A stretch of 64,000 nucleotides of DNA from Basidiobolus meristosporus CBS 931.73 (lineage: Eukaryota; Fungi; Basidiobolomycota), in contig MCFE01000457.1 in NCBI GenBank assembly GCA_002104905.1, positions 1-64,000 of the forward strand. Direction: 5' to 3'. The notes under the pieces are model-generated. The model ran no database searches, was not told the DNA's origin, and worked only from the letters and a program-made list of their open reading frames with translations. Positions within the stretch are counted from its first letter, which is position 1; each line of letters begins with the position of its first letter. The translations under genes were made by a program, and so were the position numbers. Positions 1 through 12,359 of this stretch are shown piece after piece.

Positions 1-379
1 TAGCTATCTGGATTTTCTATTTACATACAATGTATATCTTGGTCAATTGTGGCAAGAATATATATTGCTACAAACACCTTTCCTGCAAGTTACATCACTC
101 CTAGGGATGAGTACATCAAACCATAACAGTCATAAAATAATCTCTTCAGTTTTACCACTAATCCCCTGCATTACCATATTTTAGCATCAATGACATACAA
201 AGAATAGTAACCTATCTATATAATGACCCAAGTTATCTCTACAGATATATGACAATGATATAAAATCAATCCCTAACTTCTTTATTTTCTTGATAATTGA
301 CAAGATAAAACCCAACAGTGGCTTCCCCCCTCTTGTATTAAGCAGAAAACCTCTCTCTCCAGAGAAAATGACATTGAGA

Positions 380-465
380 CCTGTTGTGCATCAACATTCT
401 AGAAGACATGAAGTCATGCCTAGAACTGCAGAGGTCAAATGTCAAGAGTGGCTTTCCCTAACCCT
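380..465 (-). repeat. Fragment of an unclassified degenerate repeat family (other copies ~24960-25050 and ~61940-62030)
   Basis: Shares TGTTGTGCATCAACATT and TTCCCTAACCC with 24969-25045; the spacing differs by exactly 6 nt. CpG-depleted. Confidence 0.45.
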
Positions 466-469
466 TTTA

Positions 470-801
470 TGTTGTAAGAGTCTTGGAGATATTGGAAGTG
501 ATTTGGAGAACAAGTAGATTATGTGTTTTTCACTTAATGATTTATTGAATGTAAAAGTGGTATTTATACTTTTACCTGGTCTTGGCATTACAAACACGTA
601 GAATAGGTTAAGGAAGGTCCCAAGAACATGTGTGCAAAGTTTGGGGCTGTTTGGACAACTTATCTAATTTTCATGTTCTGGGTAAATATTCTAAGTAAAT
701 CCCGACAAGGAATTTGGTCAGTATTCTCTAGGATTTGAAGGTGATGATCTAAGTGACTAAGTTAGGTGAATATTTAGGTGGAAATACGAATTTTTACAAC
801 A
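470..801 (-). mobile_element. Solo LTR, copia family 1
   Basis: Ends TGTTGTAA...TTACAACA with a perfect 5-bp TSD TTTTA (465-469, 802-806). Homologous to 25254-25602 and, inverted, to ~23000-23340. Orientation is set by the PBS at 23341. Confidence 0.9.
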
Positions 802-1496
802 TTTTATGTATGATTCCTAGATTGTGACATACAATCATCATAACAGATGGGGAGCTTTAAACTCCAATCAACAATTACAAAAGCAAAGCTTGATCAATCC
901 TATTGATAATCTCACCAATAAGCAAGCAATTCACAATTTGGTAATTTATGGATCTGTTACTAATAGAGTGTTGGAGTTTCGTTGATTATGTCCAAAACAG
1001 GTATATGAGTTGGTTATAGCGGGAACGTTCGGCGCCATTAGGAAGCTTGATCATTCCAATTGGAGCGCACTCCTGGTGTGATCACCTGCAGGCTGGTGGC
1101 TTACTCGGCCGTAATCAATGCAAATCGCATTGAGTGTCTAGTGCTTTCAGAGGCACCCTTCTACACCATAGCGAAGTGGCCAACAATTTGTATCGCTCGT
1201 AGAGTGGTACTTGTGCTATGCCACCGCTTCCCGATACACTGTAGGGCGAACCAGCACTCCACGGTATACTCGCCAAGTGCCGCTCGTCGTAATGAGCTTC
1301 AGCTCATTCCAGGCCTGAACTCAATAACCCACTCAACAGATGGCTAGCAGTTACGGTGCTATGGTTCCTTCACTATTTATTATCTGATAAATATGGTGGG
1401 CGATTATTGTAAGGATCTGCTGGGGATTATGTCGCTAGATTGGTCGTTGCAGCCACATGCACTACTTCTACAGCCACCATCGAGGTATCGATTAGT

Positions 1497-2861
1497 TTAA
1501 TATTCTTGCTCGCCGGCGTACTCCTCTTCTGGAACTTCTTCTCCCTCCTCCTCGTAATCAAGCTCTTCCTCCACAGTAGCATCCTGGTACTGCTGATACT
1601 CCGAGACTAGATCGTTCATGTTGGATTCCGCTTCAGTGAACTCCATTTCGTCCATGCCCTCCCCAGTGTACCAATGCAAGAAAGCCTTTCGTCGGAACAT
1701 AGCGGTGAACTGCTCATTCACCCTCTTGAAAAGCTCTTGGATGGCAGTGGAGTTTCCTAGGAACGTGACCGCCATCTTGAGGTCCTTGGGAGGGATATCG
1801 CACAGAGAGGTCTTGATGTTGTTGGGGATCCATTCAACGAAATAGCTACTGTTCTTGTTCTGGACGTTGATCATTTGATCATCGACCTCCCTCATCGACA
1901 TGCGCCCACGGAACATGGCTGCGACAGTTAGGTAACGGCCATGTCTCGGGTCCGACGCAGCCATCATGTTCTTCGCATCAAACATCTGTTGCGTGAGCTC
2001 CGGAACGCTTAGAGCCCGGAATTCCTGAGAACCCCGAGGGGTCAACGGAGCAAAGCCAACCATAAAGAAGTGCAGACGAGGGAAGGGCACCATGTTTACC
2101 GCGAGCTTTCTAAGATCAGAGTTGAGCTGGCCAGGGAAACGAAGCGAGGTGGTGGTGCCGCTCATAACATAAGATACCAAATGGTTCAGGTCGCCATAGG
2201 TAGGGTTGGTTAGCTTCAGGGTGCGGAAGCAAATATCGTATAATGCCTCGTTATCAATGCAGAAGGTCATGTCGGCATTTTCCACCAGCTGATGGACCGA
2301 GAGGGTTGCATTGTAAGGCTCGACAACCGTGTCGGAAACCTTGGGTGAAGGAACCACGGAGAAGGTGCACATCATGCGATCGGGGTATTCTTCGCGAATC
2401 TTGGAGATAAGCAGAGTGCCAAGGCCAGAGCCAGTGCCGCCACCAAGGGAGTGGGTGATTTGGAAGCCTTGCAAGCAGTCGCAGTTCTCCACCTCTTTAC
2501 GGACCACATCCAACACCGAGTCAACCAGCTCAGCCCCCTCCGTGTAATGCCCTTTGGCCCAATTGTTTCCTGCTCCATTTCGTCCGAAGACCATGTTGTC
2601 GGGCCTGAAGAGCTGGCCAAGCGGGGACGAACGGATGTTGTCCATGGTGCCAGGCTCCAAATCGACCAGAACAGCACGAGGGACATATTTGCCGGCCGCA
2701 GCCTCGTTATAGTAAACATTGATCCTTTCAAGCTGAAGGTCCGAATCCCCAGAATAGTTGCCTTGGCCATCGATACCATGTTCAGCCGAGATGGTTTCCC
2801 AGAATTTGTGGCCGATTTGGTTTCCGCACTGACCAGCTTGTAGTTGAAGAATCTCTCTCAT
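1497..2861 (-). CDS. TUB2: Beta-tubulin, 454 aa, intronless
   Basis: MREI start, [39 protein letters not shown], acidic C-terminal tail; single uninterrupted ORF. Confidence 0.98.
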   Translation of the reverse strand: MREILQLQAGQCGNQIGHKFWETISAEHGIDGQGNYSGDSDLQLERINVYYNEAAAGKYVPRAVLVDLEPGTMDNIRSSPLGQLFRPDNMVFGRNGAGNNWAKGHYTEGAELVDSVLDVVRKEVENCDCLQGFQITHSLGGGTGSGLGTLLISKIREEYPDRMMCTFSVVPSPKVSDTVVEPYNATLSVHQLVENADMTFCIDNEALYDICFRTLKLTNPTYGDLNHLVSYVMSGTTTSLRFPGQLNSDLRKLAVNMVPFPRLHFFMVGFAPLTPRGSQEFRALSVPELTQQMFDAKNMMAASDPRHGRYLTVAAMFRGRMSMREVDDQMINVQNKNSSYFVEWIPNNIKTSLCDIPPKDLKMAVTFLGNSTAIQELFKRVNEQFTAMFRRKAFLHWYTGEGMDEMEFTEAESNMNDLVSEYQQYQDATVEEELDYEEEGEEVPEEEYAGEQEY

Positions 2862-4155
2862 GGTTGGTGTTCAGAGGCAAGGAGAATGGCTAGAGGCTAG
2901 AGAAGTGGTGGGCAAGGGGAGCCAGCGAAGATTGATATATTGTTCTGTAGTAAGGAGGGACAGCCCACGCAGACCAAAAGAAGACAGCTTATGGGCTCTG
3001 TTCTTTGGGTCATATAAAACCTAGCTCAGCCTAATAAAGTAAACAAGAATCTCGGAATCTGGTTTCGACCAACTACGTGGTAAACTTGGATTCAGCATAA
3101 ACCTGCTCAACAAGGGATGCACTTCGCCTTAATTGGCACCCCACAACCAAGCAGCACACGCCATTTGGTGGCAAGTCACAGAGCGCACCGTCAACACATT
3201 TCTAATTAATCAGAAGTGGTTCCGCCGCCCTCCTCCCAATTCTCCTAGCCACCAGGGGTCAAAAAAGGAAGGGATGTGTACAAATCCATAGCATCCCTTC
3301 GTCGGGGCTCCCCTATGTTTAGGGGGCAGCTCTCTGTAGCCACTGCTAACGCCGAAGCGGTTTCAGGGTTGTAAAAGGCTGGTGATAAGGAATCAAGTGG
3401 ATCGGGGGCTGGGTGCGTGATCCGGATGGTGCCACGTGACCCCTGCATGATACGCCCCTACCCGGCGAAGAAACGCAAATAAATGGCCTGCCGATAGCCA
3501 AGCTATGTAGCTCGGATGATGGCTGGGAACACTCCCACCCAAGCCAGCTTTCACACCTGTTACGTGTGCGAAGATTTCGTTGTTTCCCGAGATGCACGGA
3601 GTTGGAGCTGACAATTGGGGAGCCGGTTCGCACTGGAGCATGAGTTTCTGCCGGACATCCATCCAACACAAAGATAGTCCCCGATACATGTTCTTGGAAC
3701 ACAACAACACAAAGGCCCTCCTGAATTGCATGACTAGGGAGACCGGTGGAGATGATGCGATCAATAGAGTGGGCTGGAGGGTGGAACTGGAGTAGAGAAG
3801 TATTATTGAGTGGGTAGATACAGGTACAATCAGAGTGGCTGCTAACCATGGATGAGGTGGAAAACGTTGACTAGCCACACCCCTCCCTCTTCCGTAAGGT
3901 GCAGTGGGCAACTAACTCCAACACAGCACGATCGTCTGAGAGTGGACAGGATGCGACGAGGTGGAGTGGGGTGATTAAGCACAATGGTACTGATGTGCGG
4001 TGTTGCGAAGCATATGTTAAGGTTTAGAATATACAGTAGCGGGAGGAATTCCCTTAATGTAATACGGTAAAAGGCTATATGATGCCAAGAGTTGCGGAGA
4101 TTCGGATAGGCTGCCAGGCTCATTGTTGGGCCTGGGACATATCGTTGTCCTCCGG

Positions 4156-5047
4156 TCAATTTGGTAGCTCTAGATGGACCCTACGGAACCTGTGGTTGCC
4201 GTTCAATCCATCCCTAGTGCATCGAGGATTGCAAGCAGTATGAACGAAGGGCATACTGGATCGATGCGCACTGCCCTCGTAGGAGACGTTTCCTACTACG
4301 GCAGAAATTGTCTGTGTGTGTTGGTGGGTGCTTTCGGCATGGTCACTCTTGGCGAATGCTTTGAAGGGGGTGCGCTCTCTCGCGTAGGTAGGTAGGCGCG
4401 GCGCGCCAGGTTCAAGTGGGAGAGAGTATGGTGGTACGCTTCTGCAGTGCGACGTCCGTAGCGAGTGCTGAAGTAACCGATTGGCATATAGTTGCAACTC
4501 CTCCACAGAGATGTAGAGAGAGAACTCGTTCATGGCAAGAAACTCCATCTCCAGACGGTTCAGCTCATGTGTCTGGAGCCCCCCAACCTACAGAAATCAA
4601 AGCGTTATAGTGTGTCCATCGAGAAGCATTGGCTATGTCATGTGAAAGGAATACCTTTGCGTAGCGTGCGTTGGTGTAGAAGAAATCGGAGAAGTATTTG
4701 GTGGAGACCATGACACCAGTAGCCAGGAGACGGTGTATGTTATAGGCATCAATGGTCAGTGGCCCCCGGAAAGGGGACGCTTTTGCCAGACGATCGAAGT
4801 AGACTAGTAGGGATATGAAGCATTCGTTCGTACACGGGCAGTATCTCTGGATACGAGACAAATAAGCCTGGATTTGAACGGTTGGCACGTTTCGTGCATG
4901 AAACGGGGTCAATGTGTGGGGTTTGAAGGTGGCGTCGTTGGAGAGCGCGCTAAGATTGCTATTCAGCGAAGTTAGCCGACAAAGAAAATCCGCCAGCAAT
5001 CGGATGGTTTCCTGCACGGGAAAGTTGGCAAGATCAAACGCGTACAT
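4156..5047 (-). CDS. Pho80/PCL-family cyclin; one intron (4588-4654)
   Basis: Cyclin-box motifs FHARNVPTVQIQAYLSRI, LLVYFDRL, NIHRLLATGVMVSTKYFSDFFYTNARYAKV. A GT...AG intron restores VGGLQTHELNRLEMEFL. Confidence 0.9.
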
Positions 5048-5971
5048 GTGCCAATGTGAGTTATGCTGGTTGGGAGGTGAATACGCCGCACACGGATCAA
5101 ACCACGGTTTACCGAAAAGATCAATAAGTGACCAGTATAGCTCAGCAGGAAGTCAGATAGCAGATGAGTCATGGCGCTATTTAATCCGTCGAAGCAACAT
5201 CCCTGACTGCACGAACCAATGATACGTAGCCATCCGTCATAAAGGAATTCAGGTTAACGGAATCAAACAAAACGCAGTAAATCCGGATTCGTCACCAGGG
5301 CACTTGCGGAGGTACTACTCATCTGGAGACACTGAATTCATCACTCAAGGCTATTTAGTAAGAACAATCGGCATTGGTTGGGGCAAATGATTGTCGAACT
5401 TGGATGCGGCAGGTGCACCGTGCTACTGCGGAACAGACATGACCCCTTACCCTTGGCTCTGCTGCTCATCGCCTTGCCACAAGGCTTCCAGCCCAGACAG
5501 AGGGCGTGGGGGTGGGTGCCGGTGTCGGTGTCGGTGTCGGACAAATCCTTAGAAGTCACCCGGGGTTGCTAAGGTCGATGGGGCACATGACTTGCGGCAT
5601 CTGACTCCGCGCATTGCTTGCTCTGCGATTGGGTTTGCTGGCAAGCGGCTAGCGGTTGATTCCCCATCACACCTCTCTGCAACAGCTGAGGAGCAGGCAG
5701 GCCGGACCGATATGGAGGTTCAGCAGCACTGGCGGGTGCCTTACGATAACAACCCACCATGCATCCCTAATTTGTCCTTATTTTTGGGAGATTTCGGCAG
5801 CCGAGTGAAGCTCATCCGTATCTCTGGATGATTGGCTTAGCCCTCGATCATCATGCTTGGCGCGATGAGTGGAAGTTTCTAGCATCCACCATGTATTCCT
5901 GACACGTAAAAGTTGCGCAAAGTCCTGGATTCGTCTGCATAAGGCCTCTTCCAAGTAAACAACCAAATACC

Positions 5972-6939
5972 ATGTCCACGCCAGTCCCATTTTCTGACCT
6001 TGGCAAGCCCGCTAATGACCTTCTGGGCAAGGATTACCCAGTTGGCGCCGTCAGGCTAGAAGTCAAGACCACCGCTTCCAACGGCGTAGTAAGTTTTCTT
6101 TTTCATACCCAACTTCGATACAGACGTGGGCGGCCTCTTTTGGTTCACATGTTTTCGACTTCGCTTGGTCTTGTTCTCCACTTATAAATTCCCTCCACTA
6201 GTCCTTCACTGTTTCCGGGGTTCAGGACAAGAAGACTGGGGCTGTGAACGCAGAGCTGAAGAGCAGGTACGTCGATGGCAAGAATGGGGTCACTTACACG
6301 GAGGGCTGGGCTACCAACAACCTGATCACTTCACAGGTGGAAGTCAAGGACAAAATCAAAGGCTTGAAGGTGGACGTTTTCGCCTCCATGCTGCCGAACA
6401 TCGGCTCCAAGAATGTAAAGCTCTCTTTGCAATACAAGCAGCCCTACTTGTTCACTCGTGCCAGCGCGGATCTGCTGAAGGGTCCCCTTTTCCAAGCGGA
6501 TGCTGTGTTTGGCCACAAAGGGTTCTTGCTGGGGGGTGAAGTTGGCTACGACAGCTGCGGCGGCAAGTTCACCAAATACAATGCCTCCTTCGGTTTGATC
6601 GCTCGTGACCACGCCATCACTATGCAGACGAGCAACGCACTCTCGATCTTCGCCGTGTCCTATTATCATCGCGTCAGCCCCAGTGTTGAAACAGGCGCGA
6701 AGGCGTTGTGGAATTCGAGAACCCCAAAAGCCCCCATCACACTTGAGGTGGGCACCAAGTATTTCCTGGATAGAAGCACCTTCGTGAAAGCCAAGGTCAA
6801 CAACCACGGCAGGCTAGGCGTTGGTTTCACGCGAGTGATCCGACGCGGCGTCAAGGTCTCACTGGGAGGCATCTTCGACACCCGTCGGTGGAACGAAAAT
6901 GCGCACAGGCTGGGCGCGAGTGTGGTCTTCGACTACTAG
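5972..6939 (+). CDS. POR1: Mitochondrial outer-membrane porin (VDAC), ~284 aa; intron 6089-6201
   Basis: PVPFSDLGKPANDLLGKDY N-terminus, LEVKTTASNGV|SFTVSG across a GTAAGT...TAG intron, KAKVNNHGRLGVGF, HRLGASVVFD C-terminus. Confidence 0.95.
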
Positions 6940-7142
6940 CAAATCAACCAGCCAACGGGCGTTGGACAACCAGCACCCGAGACCAACCACATCACTGGCA
7001 CTAATAGATGTACTCATTGTTTATTATCAAAAATGTAGTAAGGAACCCACCTGTGTGTCGAGGGAGATTTAGATGAATAGAGTAAAACGTTTGAACAGAA
7101 AAGATGTATTTTTCAATATTGACTGGGGGGGATCGGGGTTTG

Positions 7143-8738
7143 TTACAATTTGGCCTTCTTGAAGAAGTAGTCGGAGACGACTCGTCTCTGGATCTTGCCA
7201 GTGGCGGTCTTGGGGAAGAAGTCGGTGATGTAGATCTTCTTGGGAATCTTGAAGCTGGCCAGACTCTTGCGGCAGAAATCCTGCAATTCCTTCTCGGTCA
7301 CCGTTTCCCCGTTCTTGGGGATGACCGCTGCGTGCACCTCCTGGCCGTACATCGTGTCGGGCACAGCGAAGCACACTACCTCCGACACTTTGGGGTGATG
7401 TAAGAGGGTGCCATCCACCTCCAAGGGCGAAATCTTCTCGCCACCACGGTTGATCAGCTCCTTGATACGCCCGGTAAGGAAGAGGTACCCTTCCTTGTCG
7501 ATCTTGCCTTGGTCTCCGGTGCGGAACCATCCATCTTTGGTGAAGGAGGATTCGTTGGCAGATGGGTTGTTCAGATAACCCTTGGTCACATTCTCACCCT
7601 TGATGCACACCTCGCCCAACTCTGCGGGATTGCCCTGGTCGTCAAGAATGGCGATTTGGACCCCCTGCCCAATACCAACCGAGCCTGGCTTACGAGAGGC
7701 AGGTGGGAGCGGATTGGAGGTCATTTGATGCGCGGCCTCGGTCATGGCGTAGGCTTCCAAAACTGGGACGCCATAGACCTTTTCCAGCTGCTCGAAGGTG
7801 GCTGGAGCCAGAGAGGAGGAGCATGAACGAATGAAGCGGATCTTGGTCTTCTGGCTGGGCGATGGGTGACGCAAGAGAATCTGATGAATGGTGGGCACGG
7901 CAGTGTACCAGGTGCATCCAGTCTCAATGAACTCCTTCCAGAAGACGGTGGCGGAGAATTTGGGAGGAATCACCACTGTGCCACCGGACTTCAGCGATGC
8001 CAGCAGCCCGCAGACCAATCCGTGGACGTGGAAAAGAGGCATGACAAGGTAGGTAGTGTCTGTGTTGCGCAGATCGTAGGTGTTGATGATATTGCCCATG
8101 GTTCTGGTGATGTTTTGATGGGAAAGAGGGACACCTAATTAATCAATCCGGCCCATTTTAGTTCATGCCCAGCCAAAATTGGCCATAAATTAATGATACC
8201 AACCTTTAGGTCTTCCGGTGGTTCCTGAAGTATGCAAGAGCAGAGCAACATCCTCCGGGGCAGCCTTCAAGCCAGCCAGGTTGATCCCCTTTACCTGGGA
8301 ACCTGCGGTTTGGCGAAGCACAATGCGGTTCTGTGCACTAGACCAGCCAATCTCATAGACAGCAACGTTGAACTTGGCTGCGGCCAACACGGCGGGCTTC
8401 TGTTCCTTGGTCCACCCTTCGTGAACGAGAAGCACCTTGCTCTTGGAATCCTCAAGGTAGAAGGAGAACTCGGCTTCAGAGTAGCTGGGATTCAAGGGAG
8501 CAGAGACGAGCTTGGCCCCGGTAATACCGAAAAAGGCTACCACAAATTCCAAGGAGTTGATAAGTGCCATGGAAACGGTATCTCCTGGCTGTAGACCAGC
8601 CCCGCTGAGTTGCTCTTGGAAGGAGCGCACAGCCTCGACAACCTCAGGGTACGATAGGGTTGGTCCACCTGAGGGGATGATGATGGCTGGAGAAGAGGTT
8701 TTGGTGTGCAGTGCTTGGGTTAAGGTGGCCATTGTCAA
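7143..8738 (-). CDS. PCS60: Peroxisomal acyl-CoA synthetase (oxalate-CoA ligase, Pcs60/AAE3-like); intron 8135-8203
   Basis: AMP-binding motif LLLHTSGTTGRPK|GVPLSH, YAMTEAAHQM, WFRTGDQG, GRIKELINRGGEKISP, PKTATGKIQR; C-terminal PTS1-like AKL. Confidence 0.9.
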
Positions 8739-9881
8739 AAACGGGAGCCTCGTTACAAGGTGAACTCTAAAGGATCGAGGCCAGAAAACCCCCGACTTAA
8801 ATAGAATGGATAGCGCCCGAGGTCACGTGGAGTTAGTCATGGAATCGCTCTACGATATAGCGATAGATGGGAGGGCATTCACGATCAACAATTCTAGCAT
8901 CTCAGATTTGGGTGCTGATGAAGTATCACCGCTCAATAGAATGAATCACGTCAGCTCGAGTAGAATGAGGTCAAGCGGCTTCAGTAACACACATTTCTAA
9001 TTTTACACTGGCATCCCAGAACGATCACAGCGGTGGAGAATGCGAAGCGGTCCACCGATAAATATAGAAAATTTGAGCATATGAGGCGAGTGGATTTGCA
9101 GCAGACAAATGCCATCTGCCTTCGATGCGTCCGCCCTGCCGCGAGCGCAATGCACGGCCGATTCAAGCTTACAGGGCTGTCGCGCACGACCCCAAGACAA
9201 GACTCCATGGATGGCTGGGTAACTTTGGCCCAGCGAGTTTTTCCCACATCACATATGCGGCTCGGAGGAGCTGGTGTGTGGTGACGGGAGGGGAAAAGGA
9301 GGGTCCCTGAATTCGTCCAAACTGGCACTCTATTGGTGCTGGCTCAGCAGTGTAGGACAGATGTGAGCAATACGCTCACATTAGATCTTGCTGTCATATC
9401 GATTGATCAATCGACCGTGATCATCCTAGCGATAGTCAGAAATCACCATCGCAATAACACCTAGTGAATTTGGCCCCTTTTCTGCCATGTGTTTCAAATC
9501 TGTGATGTGAACACTAGTCGACAATCATGCGAAACCCTAGAGGGCAGAATGTTTCCAGCTCATCTGTGCAGCTCTTTATCACAGCATCCATCGTTCGTGG
9601 ATGTAACATCATGTGCTCGAGATCGGAGCGCACAGAGGTAATGGGTTGGTGGCGATGTCCAGAGAATGAGTCCGCCGCTGGGTAGGCATCATCAACCCAC
9701 CATATCACATGACTTGGCTTGCTTTGCCTCAACTTTAACTTCAGTCTACTAGACATCCCATCTGTGCTGCCCAAGGGGTATCTGGACCCAGCATACTATT
9801 GCTTTGCAAGCGTGCAGAAAATTATTCACTGTCCATCAGGTCCCTATTGGCTTTTAATGAATCTATGCATACACCGGCAAG

Positions 9882-10968
9882 CTATCTGTTGTAAACCGAC
9901 TGCTCCACTGACCAGTTCGGCGACAGGTACCTCGGCTGCACACATTGAAGAAAGTGCTTACGCCAAGATATGATGAAAGCCTCCAGGTCAAGCCATCTTT
10001 CGTGCCCCTCTTCAGTCACCATGGCGTGTTTCATCAATTGTTCGACTACAATCTCCCCGTGTTCCTTAAAATGCTGGGACTTCTCTCGATCAGGCAGCTC
10101 CACTGCCTGGTTCAGAATATCATTGTCCAGGGCTACGGATTCAGGATGGGACTGGCGCCACCAGTTCAAGACAATACTCTCCAACTCCTCGACTCTGCCA
10201 GCCGGTATTTTGGTTCGGTTTTTAATCAATGCGCTAGCAGCTCGGCTGACAGATCGGTGTTCCGGATGCAGAATCCAGCCGGTACCCTCCAGTGGTGCTG
10301 AGTGGTTTTCCACCAAGGCCTTCTTGTACTGTATGGAGAATCTCTCGTACCCATCGTGACAAGCTGTGCACACTGGAAGCAGATCGAAGCTCTAAAAAGC
10401 ACTTTCGGTGAGTAAGGCGAAGACGGTAACAAGGGAAGGAGGTTGGCTACGAACCGAGCGGGATTTAATACACTCTGGCATATACTTACGATACATCTCA
10501 GGCACTGGAAGGAGCTCGATTAGCGACCCGAAGCTAGAAATGTAAGCCAGGTAAAAGGGCTTACCGATGTGATGTAGGGTAAGTTGGTCGTGTCTGCCGC
10601 AGCCTACGCATCTGTTTGGTTGGTCTTCCAAGTAAAATTTATCCTCCGCTCTTCCACTACCTTTGGTTTCGAAGTTCAGCTGGATGGAATTCGCGTCGAC
10701 ATACTTGGCAAGTCCCCGGGAGTGATACCAATCCAGACGTTTCCTAAGGTACGGTTAGGCACTGAAGCAATGGTTTGGGTAGCTGTTTCGCTTACTTGCT
10801 GCAACGAAAGAGTAATTTCCCCTCTATCGAAAACACCTTTCCATTCTCGTAGATATCTCGTTGTCGGGGCGCTAGTTTGGTAGGTTTTCTCGAATTGACC
10901 GCGCTCATGGTGGAGAAGTAAGCACAACGAGGGCCTGACCAAAGTACCCGGGTTAACCACCTATTCAT
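9882..10968 (-). CDS. Protein consisting of the EXD2-type C-terminal HNH-like/Zn domain; introns 10744-10795, 10505-10564, 10392-10454
   Basis: The spliced product reads IYENGKVFSIEGKLLFRCSKKRLDWY...IQLNFETKG...FYLEDQPNRCVGCG...LTLHHIVPEMYRKYMP...SFDLLPVCTACH. This matches the YENC..PDG..L..C..RK..WY / CVVCG / HDVLLLCxxCH pattern of the EXD2 C-terminal region. The start codon is uncertain (10968 or the later Met of MSAVNS). Confidence 0.8.
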
Positions 10969-12359
10969 CCGAAGGCTCAATCTATCCTGGGCTTATCCCT
11001 CTCTGCGCTGATATGGGGATCATTCGAATTTGGTTGAAGCCGATCCGATCGTCTCGGTTTTTTTCCTCCCTTCTCGATCTAGCCTCATTCTCCAGCAAAT
11101 CTCCTGGGGCAAAGGCAGTTGGTCAGCTCTGGGGGGGGGTCTAACTCATGACCCTGAGCAATCAGAACAGATTTCCTGTGGCTTCTACCCCGTATTGTAC
11201 TCCACCAGCATTCCCGCCGAGACTCACACGTGGAATCCTCCAGTAAAGCCTGCAAGTTCCACGGATATTCCTGGGAGCTTTTAATTCTTTGAGACATGCG
11301 TGGAGCGGGGGCGAGGGGTTGGAGCGACTAGGCAGGAAGGTTTTTTCGTAATGGTTCAGGACTTGCCTGCGACCCAGTCGATTATCATAATTGTGATCAT
11401 GTTTGCATACACTGAGCCAGAAACTTTGTACCTGAGCGTTGAGAAGAAACGATATCCAATTTGCCAAGCATGCCTCCACAACTCGGTATGATATGATTCT
11501 CCACTTGTGGCACCAAACAGTTTGCAAGGTTGGCCACAGTGCAATTGGGTTACTTGGGCAAGGTGTGGTACGTAAGGCGACTGTCCAAGGCCATATTGGA
11601 CCAATTTTCCATGACTTGGAAACACACATGATAGGGTTGTGTTACAGAGATCAAGGCTGTACCAAAGATATGGGATCATTATACAATGGCTGGCTGTGAG
11701 GGGATTGGCTTTTTGCTATTCAGTAGGCTTGATGCAAACTAACCTCAAGGGCAGGGTTGAACAGAGGTACTCCACATACCTTCTGAGCACTGGTGATGAA
11801 GAAGCATAAGGCTCCCCCTTGAGGCGTTGCTTGATATGAAATCATCATCGGTGGGATCTTAACTGGTAAGCCACTCGCCGCCTCCACATTATCTCCACAC
11901 AGGAAACCAACCTCTCTGACCAGAGTTTCGTAGAAGATCTAGACACATGGACCAGATCCTCCCGCTGACGAAGGTATCAAGCTTATCCCGATATCTGGCG
12001 CTTGTATGCGCCAGATGGCCAGCTTGCATTGATGGGTTGCAATCAATGGGCAACAGGCGGGACCCCATTGAATACACGAGATTGAGAAAATCCACATTTT
12101 ATCACTGATCCAGAGACAGGGTTGACAAGCGATTTGTTCGGGCGGGGAGAAGGGGCCAGGAGTAGTGAATGAGTGGGTACTGGGGGGGAAAGAAAAGCTA
12201 GGGGTAGGCTGAAGGTATCCTCGCTAGTAGATCTGCAAACGTAACCAAGCATACAATGAAAGATCATACATGAACCGATCAATATATCCGTATGAGAAAT
12301 GCTCGAGCAATCGCTAGCACCAGCACCAGTGCTAGGCGGAGGATTCGGGGGGGGGGGGG

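Noticed and set aside
960-1430. CpG-normal segment downstream of tubulin as a possible ncRNA or small gene
   Set aside because: No recognisable RNA motif or protein similarity; likely 3' UTR or intergenic DNA.
1618-2843. Antisense and alternative-frame ORFs over tubulin (likewise over VDAC, PCS60, tyrosinase and Atos)
   Set aside because: Shadow ORFs caused by the codon bias of the real genes.
3245-4159. Several overlapping 100-170 aa ORFs between tubulin and the cyclin
   Set aside because: No motifs or convincing splice structure; consistent with chance ORFs.
5519-5539. (GGTGTC)3 microsatellite in the cyclin/VDAC divergent promoter region
   Set aside because: Only three units; no evidence of function.
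11000-12300. Upstream DEDDy exonuclease exons that would complete an EXD2 gene
   Set aside because: No exonuclease motifs found in the listed ORFs or on inspection; the region looks intergenic or like old repeat DNA.
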